Shown: positions 37,238-47,184 of the stretch, piece after piece
Numbering within the stretch: position 1 is the first letter of the stretch
How the letters are laid out: each line of letters starts with the position of its first letter
Assembly (NCBI GenBank): GCA_965223905.1
Contig: CBDCXV010000001.1
Span: 1,312,001-1,376,000, forward strand
Source of the DNA: Candidatus Latescibacterota bacterium
Lineage (GTDB): Bacteria > Latescibacterota > UBA2968 > UBA8231
Direction: 5' to 3'
Length of the DNA stretch: 64,000 bases
The notes under the pieces: model-generated
What the model was told of the DNA's origin: nothing
Database searches by the model: none
What the model saw: the letters and a program-made list of their open reading frames with translations, nothing else
Made by a program: the position numbers and the translations under genes

Positions 37238-40020
37238 TGCAAACCTGCGTACACGGTGATGAAGCTCGTACTGGTCGCCTGGATCTCGTTCTTCCGCTTC
37301 AACTCGTCATCCTTCTGGACGACATGCTCCTCCCACCGGCGACCGTAGCTCAACCCGAACTGGGTGGTGAGCTGGTATCCCAGATAGGCTCCTGACGTCG
37401 TCCACTGGATGGCCAGGACGAGGTTCTCGAAGTCGTTCGTCAGGCCCGCCGGCCCGATATCAAGTATCGCGTCCTCGTCCGTCGCCATGTCCCGGAAGCG
37501 GGTGAACTCTCCCCCAGCCTCGATGAAAGTCCGGCGCAAGAAGGGGTGTTTGAGCAGCAGAGTGCCCGTCCCGGTCCAGTCCTTGATGTCCGCCCTTCGT
37601 TCCACAAATGCCGCCTGTCGCCGCAGCTCGCTCTTGAATCTGGGCTGGATGACGAGCCCCCCGATCTCACGGGTGTAGTCGGCCTTGTTGATGAGCCCAA
37701 ACAGATCGGTCCGTTCCTCCAGGATGGGTCCCACGGTGCGGTTCTTGTAGGCCTGTCCCTGCTGCGCGTAGAGATCGTATTTCACCTTGTTGATGAGGTT
37801 CAACTTGCCGGTGGGCCTGAAGTCCAGCTGGAGGTAGGCGGAGTTCACCCAGGTGTTCCTCGCCGGCAGGATGTCCGGCACCAGGGCGAGGGCGCTCAGG
37901 TGCAGGTGTGGCGACATCTCCCTGCGGTCATCTGGTATGTCGTCCTCGACCCGTTTCAACATGTCGAAGAACCGCACCCGGACCCAGAGGTAGTCCCTGT
38001 CGAAGGTGACGAGCCCGTAGGTGGTGTAGTTCCTATGGTCGGAGGACTTACTGTCCTCCCGCAGGCGCCCGACCGTTACCTTGGCATCGGGCGCCACAAA
38101 CGTCCCCAAGTAGACGTTGTAGCCTTCGTGGTCGGTCTTGTAGGGAAAGTCCGGCAAGTCGTCGTTCTCGAAGCGATCGACCCAGTTGTTGTTGTTCAGG
38201 TCGATGCCGAAAAGGAACTCGGGGCGATCGGCATGGTACCTGAAGAAGGGTTCTTCGTAGTCCGGGATCCGGTTGTTCAGGACGCGATTGTCGTTCTGGT
38301 TGAAATCGGAGATGAAGTCGTTGTTTTCATCCCAGCCTGGAAAGACGATCACATCCCCGCCTGACCGGCCGCGGAACCAGTCGGGCGAGCGGTCCTGGTC
38401 GTCGTTGTCGTCGACAAATTCGTAAAGAGCGCTACGCTGGTCGTCGTAGGTAATGCCACCGGCCGAGTCGACGATGTAGGCCGAGGTGGAGTAGTCGGGA
38501 TCCAGACTGAAGGCTTCACCGAAGAAGAAAAAGGGATACGCAATCCTGGACACGTTCACCATCCAGGCTTCCGCAGTACTCGAATGGGTCATCAGCGAAC
38601 GGTCGTCCGCGAACCGGGCGGGGTTGGGATACTGGGTGTAGCTCCGGCTCACGTCGAACTCGCCATAGGCATCGAACCCGAATACGTCTTTGACATCGAT
38701 ATCAAACCCGTACACCAGGCGTGCCGACGGCAATCCGTAATCGAAGACCACCCGCGTTTGATTCGAGTTGTCCTTGACGTTTCCGGGTGCACTGGCGATG
38801 TCCAGTAACGCCGGTTCCAGCTCGTCGATCTCCTGCCCCGTCAAAGGCAGGCCGGGCATCGGGTTGAGCCCCGTCTGTCGGTCGGACCAGATCTGGAGTT
38901 TATAGTCGTTGGCCACCACCAGGTCGAAGCGGATATCGACAATTTCGGAGGGTCGGGGACCGGTGTAGGCGAGATCGGCAAAGTCGTAGTTGATGACGAT
39001 CTTTTCCTCGCCGTCAGCCGATAAGGTTCCCTCTCTCGGGGTGCCACCCGAGACGATGGGCCACTTGGCGGGATCGGAGACCACCTCCCTCAGCCGGAAC
39101 TCGTCGCGCTCTCCAGTGGCAAATTCCTCGCTGGTGATGATGATGTCGTGCGAGAACAGGGTAGCCCCGCCCCGTCCGTCTTCGGGGGAATCGTCGCTCA
39201 GGATCAGGGCCATGGCGGAAACGGCCTCACTCCCCTGGTCGACGCCCAGCGAGCCGACGAAGGGATTTCGCTGGAAGGCATCGCCGAGTGTGGTCGAGTT
39301 GTGGGCGTCCACCAGCGTTGCACCGAGTTTCACGAACTCGCCGACCTGCGCTGTGGCACGGCCGCCAATCAGATTCGTCGCATTCGTTATCGTCCTGGGA
39401 GTGTTTTGGGGCGTCACTCCGACGACCGGCTCGCTGATCCTGGACAGCAAGAGGGTCGCTTCGTACTTGTCGGTACCGAAGTCCATCTGCATGCCGTTGA
39501 ATGCCGGCTTCGAGAATGTCAAAGGGGTCAAGGTCGTCCTGATGCGGTCGCCCACGGTAATGGCGTAGAAGTATTGCGAATGCGAGTCAGAGCTGACCAG
39601 GATGGCGCTGAACCATTGGTTGAACGTCTCGTCCTTGAAGATGGACGAGCCGAACTGCGCCGGCATGTTCTGGTTCCAGTCGTAGGCGAGCCAACCCCGG
39701 GTGAGGTAGTTGCCGTAGAGATCGTAGAACGGCTCGCCCTCGATCGTGGTACTCACGTACCTTTCGTAGTAATCCCTGGCGTAGTTCGTGTACTCCCCTT
39801 GCTGCCAGCGATAGTCCTCGAACAGCTCTTGGGGCACGTACCATTTCAAAACCGCCGGATCGAGGGCGCCCATAATCACGCCCGGGCCTCGCGGCTCGTA
39901 GGTGATCTCACCTCCCCAGCGCCGACCCACCCGTCGGTCCTGGATCTGGCCATAGCCGGCGACCGCCTGGGCGATTACCAGCAGCCCTGCGACGAACGAC
40001 CACTTCAGTGTCTTGCGCAT
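37234..40020 (-). CDS. Large exported, probable outer-membrane beta-barrel protein (paralog B)
   Basis: Collinear motifs shared with paralog A: KWYxPQEL, DSPEDGxGG, GNVKDNSNQ, VVFDYGLP, FGLINK. Confidence 0.7.
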   Translation of the reverse strand: MRKTLKWSFVAGLLVIAQAVAGYGQIQDRRVGRRWGGEITYEPRGPGVIMGALDPAVLKWYVPQELFEDYRWQQGEYTNYARDYYERYVSTTIEGEPFYDLYGNYLTRGWLAYDWNQNMPAQFGSSIFKDETFNQWFSAILVSSDSHSQYFYAITVGDRIRTTLTPLTFSKPAFNGMQMDFGTDKYEATLLLSRISEPVVGVTPQNTPRTITNATNLIGGRATAQVGEFVKLGATLVDAHNSTTLGDAFQRNPFVGSLGVDQGSEAVSAMALILSDDSPEDGRGGATLFSHDIIITSEEFATGERDEFRLREVVSDPAKWPIVSGGTPREGTLSADGEEKIVINYDFADLAYTGPRPSEIVDIRFDLVVANDYKLQIWSDRQTGLNPMPGLPLTGQEIDELEPALLDIASAPGNVKDNSNQTRVVFDYGLPSARLVYGFDIDVKDVFGFDAYGEFDVSRSYTQYPNPARFADDRSLMTHSSTAEAWMVNVSRIAYPFFFFGEAFSLDPDYSTSAYIVDSAGGITYDDQRSALYEFVDDNDDQDRSPDWFRGRSGGDVIVFPGWDENNDFISDFNQNDNRVLNNRIPDYEEPFFRYHADRPEFLFGIDLNNNNWVDRFENDDLPDFPYKTDHEGYNVYLGTFVAPDAKVTVGRLREDSKSSDHRNYTTYGLVTFDRDYLWVRVRFFDMLKRVEDDIPDDRREMSPHLHLSALALVPDILPARNTWVNSAYLQLDFRPTGKLNLINKVKYDLYAQQGQAYKNRTVGPILEERTDLFGLINKADYTREIGGLVIQPRFKSELRRQAAFVERRADIKDWTGTGTLLLKHPFLRRTFIEAGGEFTRFRDMATDEDAILDIGPAGLTNDFENLVLAIQWTTSGAYLGYQLTTQFGLSYGRRWEEHVVQKDDELKRKNEIQATSTSFITVYAGLQ

Positions 40021-40084
40021 GGCCTCCAGCCCTTTCCTGCAGACCGTGTCAACGTGTGACGGGTGCTGCCAGGCAGCACCCGAA

Positions 40085-42319
40085 TCAATACACCAGCTCC
40101 ACGGTTCCGATCGACTCCTGCTCGCCCGCGTCGCTGTCCAGGCTCACGAGCAACAGGTAAATTCCGGGCGGCAGGAGATTTCCACCGTCGTCAGTGCCGG
40201 TCCAGGGCACGGAAAAGTGCCCGCCGTCCCGATCCCCCGAGAACAGGAGCTTCACCGGGCGCCCCGACAGATCGTACACTGTCACCCTTACGGGAGCGGC
40301 GCCGAGTAGGCGGCTTATGTCCAACCCGATGTCGGTCACATCATTCACGCCGTCCCCATTCGGGCTGAACGGCCTGGGATCCGCCCTCACGTCGATCAGC
40401 AGACCTTCCTTGCCCTCGATGGGCACGTCCACGGACAACCCTCGCTGGGTTTCAGTGCCCATGGGCACGATGTCGTCGTCCAGCTCGTCCAGCAGGGCTA
40501 CGTTTCCCGGGATCACCTCCTGTCCGACGGCTGCCTCCAGGCTCGACTTGGCGAAACCCGAGAATTTCGTCCCGTATCTGAGCACGCGGCACCGGAAACG
40601 GATATTCAGGACCGAGACCATCTCCGCCTCCAGATCGCTTTCCCGTATTGCCGGGAACTGCACCTCGAACCGCCTGTCCTCGAGTGCGGTGATGGCGAAT
40701 CGCTCCGTCTTGTCATATACCGGGAGCGAGCTGAGGTCAGTACCCGAGAAATCCGCCGACTCGCTGCCCCCATCCGGGAAGGTGACCTCGATTCGATCGA
40801 CCCCCTCGACCCGCACCGGGGTGACGATCACAAAACTGTCGAAGCCTGTGTCGACGCCTGGCCGAATCTTCGTCGGCATAACCGCATAGGTGAAGGTCGT
40901 GGGCGCACCGAGATCGACCTGCCTCGGGGAAATTTCCCCCAGTATCCGTTCGGCTCTGGGCGGCGAGGACAGCGTGAACGCGAAGGGACCTACTTCCGCA
41001 GCCGATTCCAACTCGTCGCTGAGGAAATCGATGCGGAATTGGAGGTATCGCCGCGGTCCCGGAGACAGGATCGGCACCCCCACCTCCTCGTCCTCGATGT
41101 TGTCCGCCGTGACCTTGACCCCTTCCAGACTGTACGGCGACGACCACTGCGTCCATGCGTCCAGATCGTCCTGAATCTCACCTTTATCCGATGATCTCAG
41201 GCGAGAGTAGCCCTCCGGGGTGAGCTCCAGCTCGCCCCGCTCTTCGCGGGGGAGAGATCGGTAAATCTGGAACGCTTCGTCGATTTCGAACTCGTCCAGG
41301 TTGACGACGCTATCTCCCGATCTGACCTCCGCGTTCTCTTTCCAGGGCACTTCCTTGACCCTCCCGGGTTCAGGCGTGTGCTTGCGGGTGAAGAGTAAGG
41401 GAGTATCGTCGGAGCCGGCATGGGTGCGGACCCGGACAGCCGAAAACCCCTCACGGCCGATGCTCTCCTCCACCCAGCGGATGTTCCCCGCCAGGGCCAG
41501 ATCCGCGCCCATGTCGAAAATATCTGACACGTAGGTCGCCGTCGGCACAAACCCGGTACCGAATACCTGAAACTCGGCGATCTCGAAACCGACTGCCGTC
41601 CTCGACGTCAGTCTGATGAAACGCACGTGTTGAGGAGGAATGCGCAGGTCCACCACCGGCTCATCGTTGGCTGGTTCCAGCGTGAATGAAAGCATGTCAG
41701 GGTATCCCGCCGTCTGCGTCTCTTCACTCCCGTCGTTGAGGAACAGCTCGTACCCCCTGATGTAATCCTCTTGAAACGGCATGTAGGGAGCCGGGAAATC
41801 GAGATGGGCGTTCCTCGGGAAGAATCGAATCCTGTCCACGCCGAAGCGAGCTCCGAGGTCAAACTGCATCGCCATCCCGCGGACGATGGTCACATTTTTC
41901 CTGTCGAGGGCTGTCGTCCCATCATTGTCGATCATCAATGCGAGCTGTTCGTCGATCCCCGACTCCAGGACATTCGGAGCTCGAACGCTGCCCCCCCTGT
42001 CGAGGATCCCCGGGGCCAGGTTCCTTTCCGGGTCTACTCGCCGGGGGGAGATCCACCCCTGTCTGCCCTCCCGTTCGAAGTCGATGACGCCCCCTGGCGT
42101 ATTGCCGCGCGCCCAATCGCGAACGCCCGTCCTTACCACAGGGTCGCCTCCTCCTCCCCCCGAGGTCCAGTCGAGTCCCGTCTCTCCACCCAGAACGATG
42201 GTGCGTGTCTCGGCCCCTCCACCGCCAGCCACCAGGCAGACGAAACCGGTATACCACAGCATCCATAGGAGACCTTTCACCACCGCGCCATACCTCCTGC
42301 TTCTCTCAGTACGCCACAT
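40085..42319 (-). CDS. Exported protein with a discoidin-like module and a C-terminal PNGDGVND/FlgD-Ig domain (start may be a GTG near 42280)
   Basis: FDLGARF, EIAEFQVFG and PFSPNGDGVND...VYDLSGR...WTGTDDGG...PGIY. Confidence 0.75.
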   Translation of the reverse strand: MWRTERSRRYGAVVKGLLWMLWYTGFVCLVAGGGGAETRTIVLGGETGLDWTSGGGGGDPVVRTGVRDWARGNTPGGVIDFEREGRQGWISPRRVDPERNLAPGILDRGGSVRAPNVLESGIDEQLALMIDNDGTTALDRKNVTIVRGMAMQFDLGARFGVDRIRFFPRNAHLDFPAPYMPFQEDYIRGYELFLNDGSEETQTAGYPDMLSFTLEPANDEPVVDLRIPPQHVRFIRLTSRTAVGFEIAEFQVFGTGFVPTATYVSDIFDMGADLALAGNIRWVEESIGREGFSAVRVRTHAGSDDTPLLFTRKHTPEPGRVKEVPWKENAEVRSGDSVVNLDEFEIDEAFQIYRSLPREERGELELTPEGYSRLRSSDKGEIQDDLDAWTQWSSPYSLEGVKVTADNIEDEEVGVPILSPGPRRYLQFRIDFLSDELESAAEVGPFAFTLSSPPRAERILGEISPRQVDLGAPTTFTYAVMPTKIRPGVDTGFDSFVIVTPVRVEGVDRIEVTFPDGGSESADFSGTDLSSLPVYDKTERFAITALEDRRFEVQFPAIRESDLEAEMVSVLNIRFRCRVLRYGTKFSGFAKSSLEAAVGQEVIPGNVALLDELDDDIVPMGTETQRGLSVDVPIEGKEGLLIDVRADPRPFSPNGDGVNDVTDIGLDISRLLGAAPVRVTVYDLSGRPVKLLFSGDRDGGHFSVPWTGTDDGGNLLPPGIYLLLVSLDSDAGEQESIGTVELVY

Positions 42320-44954
42320 TGATCACCCGGTGAGCCGTGGTGTGCCCCACACGGTTATCCCAATCCGGATCCACACTCACCGCCAGCACGTACACCCCGG
42401 GCGGAACGATCTGCCCGTCTGTACCCTCCCCCGGCCACCTGATCGAATACGCACCACTCACCTGGTCCCGCCCCTCCACGTGCTCCCATACCTGCCGGCC
42501 GCTCAGATCGTAGACCCGGACCTCCACTTCCTGAGGACCGGTCAACCGCCGCACCGAGAAACCACCCACCAGCTCGTCGTTGATGCCATCCCCGTTGGGC
42601 GTCACCACCACCGACCCCACCTCGATCGGACTCAACACCCGACTCCCACTCGAAGGACTCACCAGCACCATCCCCGACCCGGCCGCCAGCGCCGTAGCGT
42701 CACCGGCATCCACCCGCTGCCACGAATCGACAAGCGACGAAGCACCCAAATAGGCCTGCAGGAGTGCACCAGGCGTGAACAAGGTCGTGCGAAACCGCAC
42801 CTCGAGCAGATCCGCCTCACCGGGCTCGACCGGTTCGGTCAGGCGCAGCCGCAGCGAATCCGGCGTCGCCGTCGGCACCTCCCGCACCTGATCGGGACCC
42901 AGGGGCTCAATCTCACCCCGCTCCCACGCCGACTCCCGACCGATGAACAGCTGCTCAAAGCTCAGCGCCATGGTCGCCGCCGACCACAGCAGAATCTCAT
43001 CGAACTTCCCGCGCTGGGACTCCGGCTTGATGAACATCGACACGACCTGCTCCACCCCCAACTCGTCCACCGCCTTCGGCGCCACCTCTCCCACCAACCG
43101 ACGCGCCAGGGGCTCCACGAACTTGAGCCGGATCTCCCGGAGAGAGGCCGTCGCATAGGGATCCTCCGAGATCAGCTTCACCCGCATCATCAGATACTCG
43201 CGCGGGCTCGGCGAAGTGATCGCAGCCCCCGAAACAGCATACGGCAGGGACCAGGGGCTCCAGTCCGCTCCCACCACTTCCAGGGTGTCGATCGGACCTT
43301 TGGAGAAAAAGTTCAAGTTCTCGTACTGCTCACCAGTCACCTCCGCCCCTCCGCTGTTGTAGTACACGTACTCCTCCGCCGTCTCGTTGCCGGTCCGCGT
43401 CTGTATCTCCACAAAGGTGCCCGGCGGCGTCTCGGCCTCCCACTCGATCGACACCAGGTTCTTCTCCCCCCCCACGAGCCGCACCAGGTTCGAGGTCAGC
43501 ACCACCTCCGGCTGATACCCCTCCCCGAAAAACTGTATCTCGCGGGGCTTGTGCTGGCCCTGCTCCGCCGCCCCCAGCCCTTGCCACGGCAACCCTCTCT
43601 CGGTCCAGTACAGGATGCGGACGAACCTACCCCGGACGAGATCGAAGCGAAAGGAATCGTACGCCTCCATGGTAGTGTGTGTCGACGTTGGCCGGCCCCG
43701 GAACGACACCGCCGTCGTCCACACGAGGGAGCCGTCCGCTGCCAGCGTCCCGTCCGAAAACTGCACGTCGGCGCTCTGAAGACGACTCCGCTCCAAGTTG
43801 TAGTAGGCCTGGTAGGTGTCGATCCAATACATCGCACCCAGATCGAAGAAAAGCTCCCCCACCTGGACAGTACTCGGGAAATGGGCGGAGGTCTCGAACA
43901 GCCCGTCGAAGAAATAGATTGCAGAACTTCCCGCACGCTTGATGATGGCCATCCCGCGGCGCTCCGCGAGCCCCAGAGAGATGTTTTCCCCCACCGTCCA
44001 CACTTCGATCTCAACCAGGCGCGGCCGTTCCCGGCGATAATACCGCACCGGGCCCCGCAGCGCCTCATCGATCGCCTCGTGCGTCGCCCTGCTGACCTGT
44101 ACTTCGCCGTCGTTCGTCTTCTTGTAATAGGCCACATCGCCGACGTCGGGCGCGGCCAGACCCCGGTGTACCGCTTCAGAGACCTCCGTCCCTCGCGTGC
44201 TGTCCGTAGCTGTGATCACTACCTGCACGAAGCGGATCAGGTCCCCGTGCATGGTCCCGTCGATGTTGAGCCGCGTCGGCTCCAGCTCAATCTCGAAAAC
44301 CCGCTCGTCCTTGTTCGACCTGATCGTCTGGAAACCCCGGTTGTATTTCCTCTCCCCCACTCCTTTCACCCCTTCCCCGTCCGAGGTCAGCACCACGAAC
44401 TGCAAGAAGGGATCCCCTTCCCCTTCCGGCACGAACTTCAGAACGATCCGGTCGGCCGACACCAGCCGACCCAGATCGATCTCGAACCACCAATCCAACA
44501 GCGGCCGGTCCGCATTCGGCTCCCAGTAGGTGCTCTCATCTCCGTCGAGGAGGTTTTCCACCGCCGCCACGTTCGTGCCCGCCGCCACCGCGTCCAGGAG
44601 GGTCACCGCCGACGCCTCCTTATTCTTCGGCGGGTGGCGCCGCAGATGGGTCAGGATGTCACGCGTGGCATCGATATTCTTGCGCACGAAGTGCGGCTCA
44701 ACCACACCAGCCGACGAGATTTCCACTGTGCCGGCAGCGAAATCCCACGCCGACCAGTGGGCCGAACGGTTCACCACCAGCTCGTTCCCCGAAATCCGGT
44801 AGCCCTGACCCCACACCACTCCGGTAGACATCAGAGCTAAACTGAGTACTAGTGCCTGCGTGCGTAAGTCCGCGTAAGAACGAGGGCGCCGAGTCGGGAT
44901 ACATCGGCGGACAAATTCACGTGGAATTGCGTACGCAGGTACTATCTTTGACAT
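42306..44954 (-). CDS. Exported protein with two discoidin-like modules and a PNGDGIND/FlgD-Ig C-terminus
   Basis: LLDGDESTYW, FEIDLGR, SPSPREY and VTPNGDGIND...VYDLSGR. Confidence 0.75.
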   Translation of the reverse strand: MSKIVPAYAIPREFVRRCIPTRRPRSYADLRTQALVLSLALMSTGVVWGQGYRISGNELVVNRSAHWSAWDFAAGTVEISSAGVVEPHFVRKNIDATRDILTHLRRHPPKNKEASAVTLLDAVAAGTNVAAVENLLDGDESTYWEPNADRPLLDWWFEIDLGRLVSADRIVLKFVPEGEGDPFLQFVVLTSDGEGVKGVGERKYNRGFQTIRSNKDERVFEIELEPTRLNIDGTMHGDLIRFVQVVITATDSTRGTEVSEAVHRGLAAPDVGDVAYYKKTNDGEVQVSRATHEAIDEALRGPVRYYRRERPRLVEIEVWTVGENISLGLAERRGMAIIKRAGSSAIYFFDGLFETSAHFPSTVQVGELFFDLGAMYWIDTYQAYYNLERSRLQSADVQFSDGTLAADGSLVWTTAVSFRGRPTSTHTTMEAYDSFRFDLVRGRFVRILYWTERGLPWQGLGAAEQGQHKPREIQFFGEGYQPEVVLTSNLVRLVGGEKNLVSIEWEAETPPGTFVEIQTRTGNETAEEYVYYNSGGAEVTGEQYENLNFFSKGPIDTLEVVGADWSPWSLPYAVSGAAITSPSPREYLMMRVKLISEDPYATASLREIRLKFVEPLARRLVGEVAPKAVDELGVEQVVSMFIKPESQRGKFDEILLWSAATMALSFEQLFIGRESAWERGEIEPLGPDQVREVPTATPDSLRLRLTEPVEPGEADLLEVRFRTTLFTPGALLQAYLGASSLVDSWQRVDAGDATALAAGSGMVLVSPSSGSRVLSPIEVGSVVVTPNGDGINDELVGGFSVRRLTGPQEVEVRVYDLSGRQVWEHVEGRDQVSGAYSIRWPGEGTDGQIVPPGVYVLAVSVDPDWDNRVGHTTAHRVINVAY

Positions 44955-45008
44955 AGTGGACCTTTTACGAACCAGGAGCCGTTTGTCCGATGCATTTACT
45001 ACAGCCGG

Positions 45009-46961
45009 CTAGTACGCGACCGATACCACGCCTACCTGCTTCTCTACACCCTCTTCGCTTGCGACCTTCACCTCGCACAGGTACAGGCCCGGACTCGCCA
45101 GTTTTTCCCCTTCATCCAACCCGTCCCAGCTGGTCTGATGCCGGCCGATCCCCTCCTCACCCGCGCTTACTTCCCGCACCAACCGACCCCCCAGATCCCA
45201 CACCCGCACCGTCACCGGAACCGCCGCCATCACCTTCAACAGCTCGTAGGTGATCTGCACCGCGTCGTTGACCCCGTCCCCGTTCGGCGTGAACACCGCC
45301 GAGCTGAACCGCAACGACCCGAACACCTGCCCACCCGGCACCAGCGTCGCCACCGATATCCGGTTGCCGTCCAGCTCCTCCGTCGCCTCCCCGGCCCGGA
45401 TGAGCTGACCCATCTCCCCGGGCAAGGCCGTGTCGATCGCCCGCCCCTCTAACACCGCCCCGTGGCGAAACACCTCGGCCTCGACCTCCACTTCCAGCAG
45501 CTCCCCACTGCGGTTGACATCCAGGCGCTCGAAACCCACTGCCACCCCTTCCCCGGGGCGCGCCAGCAACTGGTGCTCGATCCTCTCTCCGGCGAGCCGT
45601 ACCTCTTCCACCGAGGCGATCCGACCGCCGGACAAACGCAGCTCGAGCCCGTCGAAACCCAAGTCTCCCGGCTCGATCGTCGGCAGCACCGCATACACCA
45701 ACCGGTGTAGCCGCGCCACCTCGACCCGCCACGGACCGACCTCACCCACCACATCCGTCACCAGCCGCGGCGACACCGCAAACTCCACATACCGCAACCG
45801 ACCCCCATCCGACGCCAGGGATTCGAAATCCACCCCCAACTGCACATAGCGACGCGGCTTCGACGACCGAAAAGTCACCCCCAGACTGTCGGCAAACCGA
45901 TACGGCGCCGACCACAAATCCCAGTTCGCCCCGTCCGCGGTTATCGCCCCCCGCTGCCCCAGCTCCAACCGCCCGTAGGCCTTCTTAGTCAGCGGATTTC
46001 CCGAGGCGCCGTACGGCACCTGCTCGTCGCCGCGGAAGGTCTTGCGCCAGTATACCTGCGGGTCGTCGTCGTCGCCTGCCTGGCTGCGCAGCAACACCCT
46101 CGCCTCCGCATCGTGCCGGCCGGACCAGCGCACCCAGCCCAGGGACGAAAATCCCCCCAGGTCGATCACGTCCGACCGGTACGAGGCCTGCGACACAAAC
46201 CCGTCGCTGTAGATTTCGATCTCGGCCAGCTCCCAGATCTCCTCCTGGGCCACCATCTCTATGAGGAGGTGTCGGATCGGCGTGCCGTCGAGCTCGATCT
46301 CCACCAGGGAGCTCTTGTTCTCCTGAATCTCCGCAATCGTTTTCACTTCTATGTGGAGGCCTGCGAGCGTGTTGATGTCTGAATTGACCCGCCCTGTGTT
46401 GTTGAAGATCGTCCCCTCCGGCACCTCCCCGCCGTCTGCCGCCACGAATATGTGCCTGATGAAGCTGTCCTCTTTCCCTGGCGGTCGGAACCGGATGAGC
46501 CGGACCGGAAAGGACCCGCCCAGATCGAAGTAGAAGGGCGTCCCGTAGATGTTGTCCTCGTGAAACAAAGGCCGCGTCTCCTCGTACGACGTCATGGGAT
46601 CACCGTCGGCCACCGCTTCGAGCTTTTCTTTGCGGAGAAAACCAGCTGAACTGCGGCCCAGCAGGCCCCCTCCGAGCGCCCAGATCGAAGGTGTCAAGTT
46701 TACGTCCGACGCGAAGAAATACGGCGCGATCCATCCTGGCTCGATCGCCAGGGCCTCGCTGAACCCCCCGACGTCCTCGTGCACATCCCAGCTCAGCAGC
46801 CGGAATTCGGCCTGTCCAGCCGCCACTTCCGGCGGCTCGGGTTGATCCCCTCCGCCCAACCGATAGATGGTGAGCGCCTGACTCGGACTCTGGATCGCCG
46901 TGATCGCCACGGCGACCATCACCCCTACCAAGCCTGCTGTCCGTTCGACGGTTCCGTACAT
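45009..46961 (-). CDS. Exported protein with a PNGDGVND/FlgD-Ig C-terminus (third paralog)
   Basis: ELAEIEIYSDGFVSQASYRSDVIDLG and VFTPNGDGVND...VWDLGGR...PGLY. Confidence 0.75.
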   Translation of the reverse strand: MYGTVERTAGLVGVMVAVAITAIQSPSQALTIYRLGGGDQPEPPEVAAGQAEFRLLSWDVHEDVGGFSEALAIEPGWIAPYFFASDVNLTPSIWALGGGLLGRSSAGFLRKEKLEAVADGDPMTSYEETRPLFHEDNIYGTPFYFDLGGSFPVRLIRFRPPGKEDSFIRHIFVAADGGEVPEGTIFNNTGRVNSDINTLAGLHIEVKTIAEIQENKSSLVEIELDGTPIRHLLIEMVAQEEIWELAEIEIYSDGFVSQASYRSDVIDLGGFSSLGWVRWSGRHDAEARVLLRSQAGDDDDPQVYWRKTFRGDEQVPYGASGNPLTKKAYGRLELGQRGAITADGANWDLWSAPYRFADSLGVTFRSSKPRRYVQLGVDFESLASDGGRLRYVEFAVSPRLVTDVVGEVGPWRVEVARLHRLVYAVLPTIEPGDLGFDGLELRLSGGRIASVEEVRLAGERIEHQLLARPGEGVAVGFERLDVNRSGELLEVEVEAEVFRHGAVLEGRAIDTALPGEMGQLIRAGEATEELDGNRISVATLVPGGQVFGSLRFSSAVFTPNGDGVNDAVQITYELLKVMAAVPVTVRVWDLGGRLVREVSAGEEGIGRHQTSWDGLDEGEKLASPGLYLCEVKVASEEGVEKQVGVVSVAY

Positions 46962-47060
46962 CCTTCGACCTCTCTCGAGTACCTGCAGAGATACGAAATC
47001 ACTTGCCAGGTATCAACCGAATCCCGACCTACGTCTCGTCTTCTACTCCCGCCGGGGTTT

Positions 47061-47109
47061 TTCTCCATAACCATATTCTCCATAACCGTTTATTCCAATT
47101 TATTCCAAT
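47061..47109 (-). promoter_or_regulatory. Two pairs of direct repeats upstream of the surface-protein operon
   Basis: TTCTCCATAACC at 47061 and 47076; TTATTCCAAT at 47090 and 47100. Confidence 0.45.
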
Positions 47110-47184
47110 ATTTGAAGATTACAAAGGCCCTACCGTCATATCACACGGCCTTACCGTCCCTCCCAGCCGCGTGGCCATGCCAAC

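Noticed and set aside
41886-44840. Long antisense ORFs (also 775-1791, 25775-27886, 57693-59069 and others)
   Set aside because: These are shadow frames of real genes in GC-rich DNA, with Arg/Pro/His-rich translations and no motifs.
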